A stretch of 62,951 bases of DNA, counting the filler, from Octopus bimaculoides (lineage: Eukaryota): NCBI RefSeq assembly GCF_001194135.2. It is 6 parts of 4 records of this genome, joined end to end, with 100 filler letters (N's around TTAATTAATTAA, not from the genome) between each part and the next. Parts side by side here need not be neighbours in the genome. Positions count along the whole stretch, not along the records: positions 61,778 to 62,951 come from NC_068983.1; 5 more parts are not named here. One strand, given 5' to 3'. Within the stretch, counting starts at the first letter, position 1. The number at the start of each line of letters is the position of its first letter. A program made the translations under genes and the position numbers. Below are positions 61,778 through 62,951 of this stretch, piece by piece. The notes under the pieces were generated by a model. The model was not told the origin of the DNA. It was given only the letters and a program-made list of their open reading frames with translations, and made no database searches.

Positions 61778-62951
61778 ATATGAATGTATATATATATGCA
61801 TGTATATATATATATGTATATATGTGTGTATATGTATATATGTGTGTATGTATATATGTATATATGTGTGTGTGTATGTATATATGTATATATATGCATA
61901 TATATATATACACATATATGTATGCATATATATATATGGATTATGTATGTATATATGTATATATATATATATATATATAAAACATGTTACATGAGACCTG
62001 CCTGGATAAAAATAGCACTTCAATGCATATATACTAAAATATATAGTTTTGAGAAATTTCAATTTTATAAAATTTCACCATGTGTTTATGCCATGTAACT
62101 ATTTTCTTTTGCATGACTCTATGCCTAATCTGGAAGATGCAAATTCTGTTTTATTCAACTTTATGACTGATAAAGTTTTGGGTTGCATTTCTACAAGTGC
62201 CATAAACAGAATATGTCCTGTATCAAATCACATATTTTGTTTTGATACATATATATACTGCAATGTTTTTCTGTATCTTGCTCAGTCTCATAGATACTTT
62301 TATTGAAAATGTGCCCCTTATATATTTTGATAAATAAGTATATTATGTATTTAATGAGAGGAAATAGATTAAGTATTGCTTTTTTTTTTTTTTTTTTTCA
62401 AAATTAACCATTAAGTTTTAAAACTAATGCATGAAGGAAATTAAAACATCTTAAGTAAAAACCCATCACCTGTCAGAAAATCATTTGGAGATGAGAGTAA
62501 TATATTCCATTCCAGTTTTGAGAATGTCCCAGTAATCATACAAAAACAATCAGAGTAACATCCACTTAGGCGTTGATGCAAAGGTAATGTTGATCTCTAT
62601 CCAAAGGATTTTTAGCATTTTATTCTGACTACTTTTAAAAACAAATGAAGTTTTCCATTGAAAATCATGTAGTACTTCAGGATTGTACTTGTTTCATAGA
62701 AGACTTCATCTGAGTCCAGGTGTGAAAAGCCAAATATATTTGTATGCATATACATATATAAATGTGTGTGCATATATATGTGTGTGTGTGTATGTATATA
62801 TGTATATGTGTGTATGTATATATATATATATATATGTGTGTATGTATATATATATATGTGTGTGTATATATATATATATATGTGTGTATGTATATATATA
62901 TATATGTATGTATGTATATATATATATATGTATGTGTATATATATATATAT

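Noticed and set aside
62049-62720. Non-repetitive stretch with short open frames
   Set aside because: No recognisable motif or consistent splice structure; too weak to call.

Overview
AT-rich, microsatellite-dense eukaryotic DNA. The repeat landscape looks most like a cephalopod (octopus) genome; that is inference, not proven here. The window is not one contiguous locus: five identical artificial spacers (N44-TTAATTAATTAA-N44) split it into six independent segments (1-9106, 9207-23765, 23866-43547, 43648-54371, 54472-61677, 61778-62951). Most ORFs in the supplied track are microsatellite or N-gap artefacts. The real content is mostly decayed mobile DNA: RTE LINEs (two types), R4/Dong LINEs with a restriction-like endonuclease that sit inside microsatellites, Penelope-like elements, several tRNA-derived SINE families, mariner and DD37D (maT) transposons with deletion derivatives, MITEs and a Helitron helicase fragment. 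No intact host gene can be named, but segment 2 holds several unexplained coding-like, splice-bounded islands. The standout is a set of type I hammerhead-ribozyme motifs: two with intact cores in Penelope-type context, and a tRNA-headed SINE with a hammerhead in its 3' half. That SINE is inserted as a head-to-head inverted dimer with a 13-bp target-site duplication, which suggests a ribozyme-bearing SINE mobilised by Penelope machinery.
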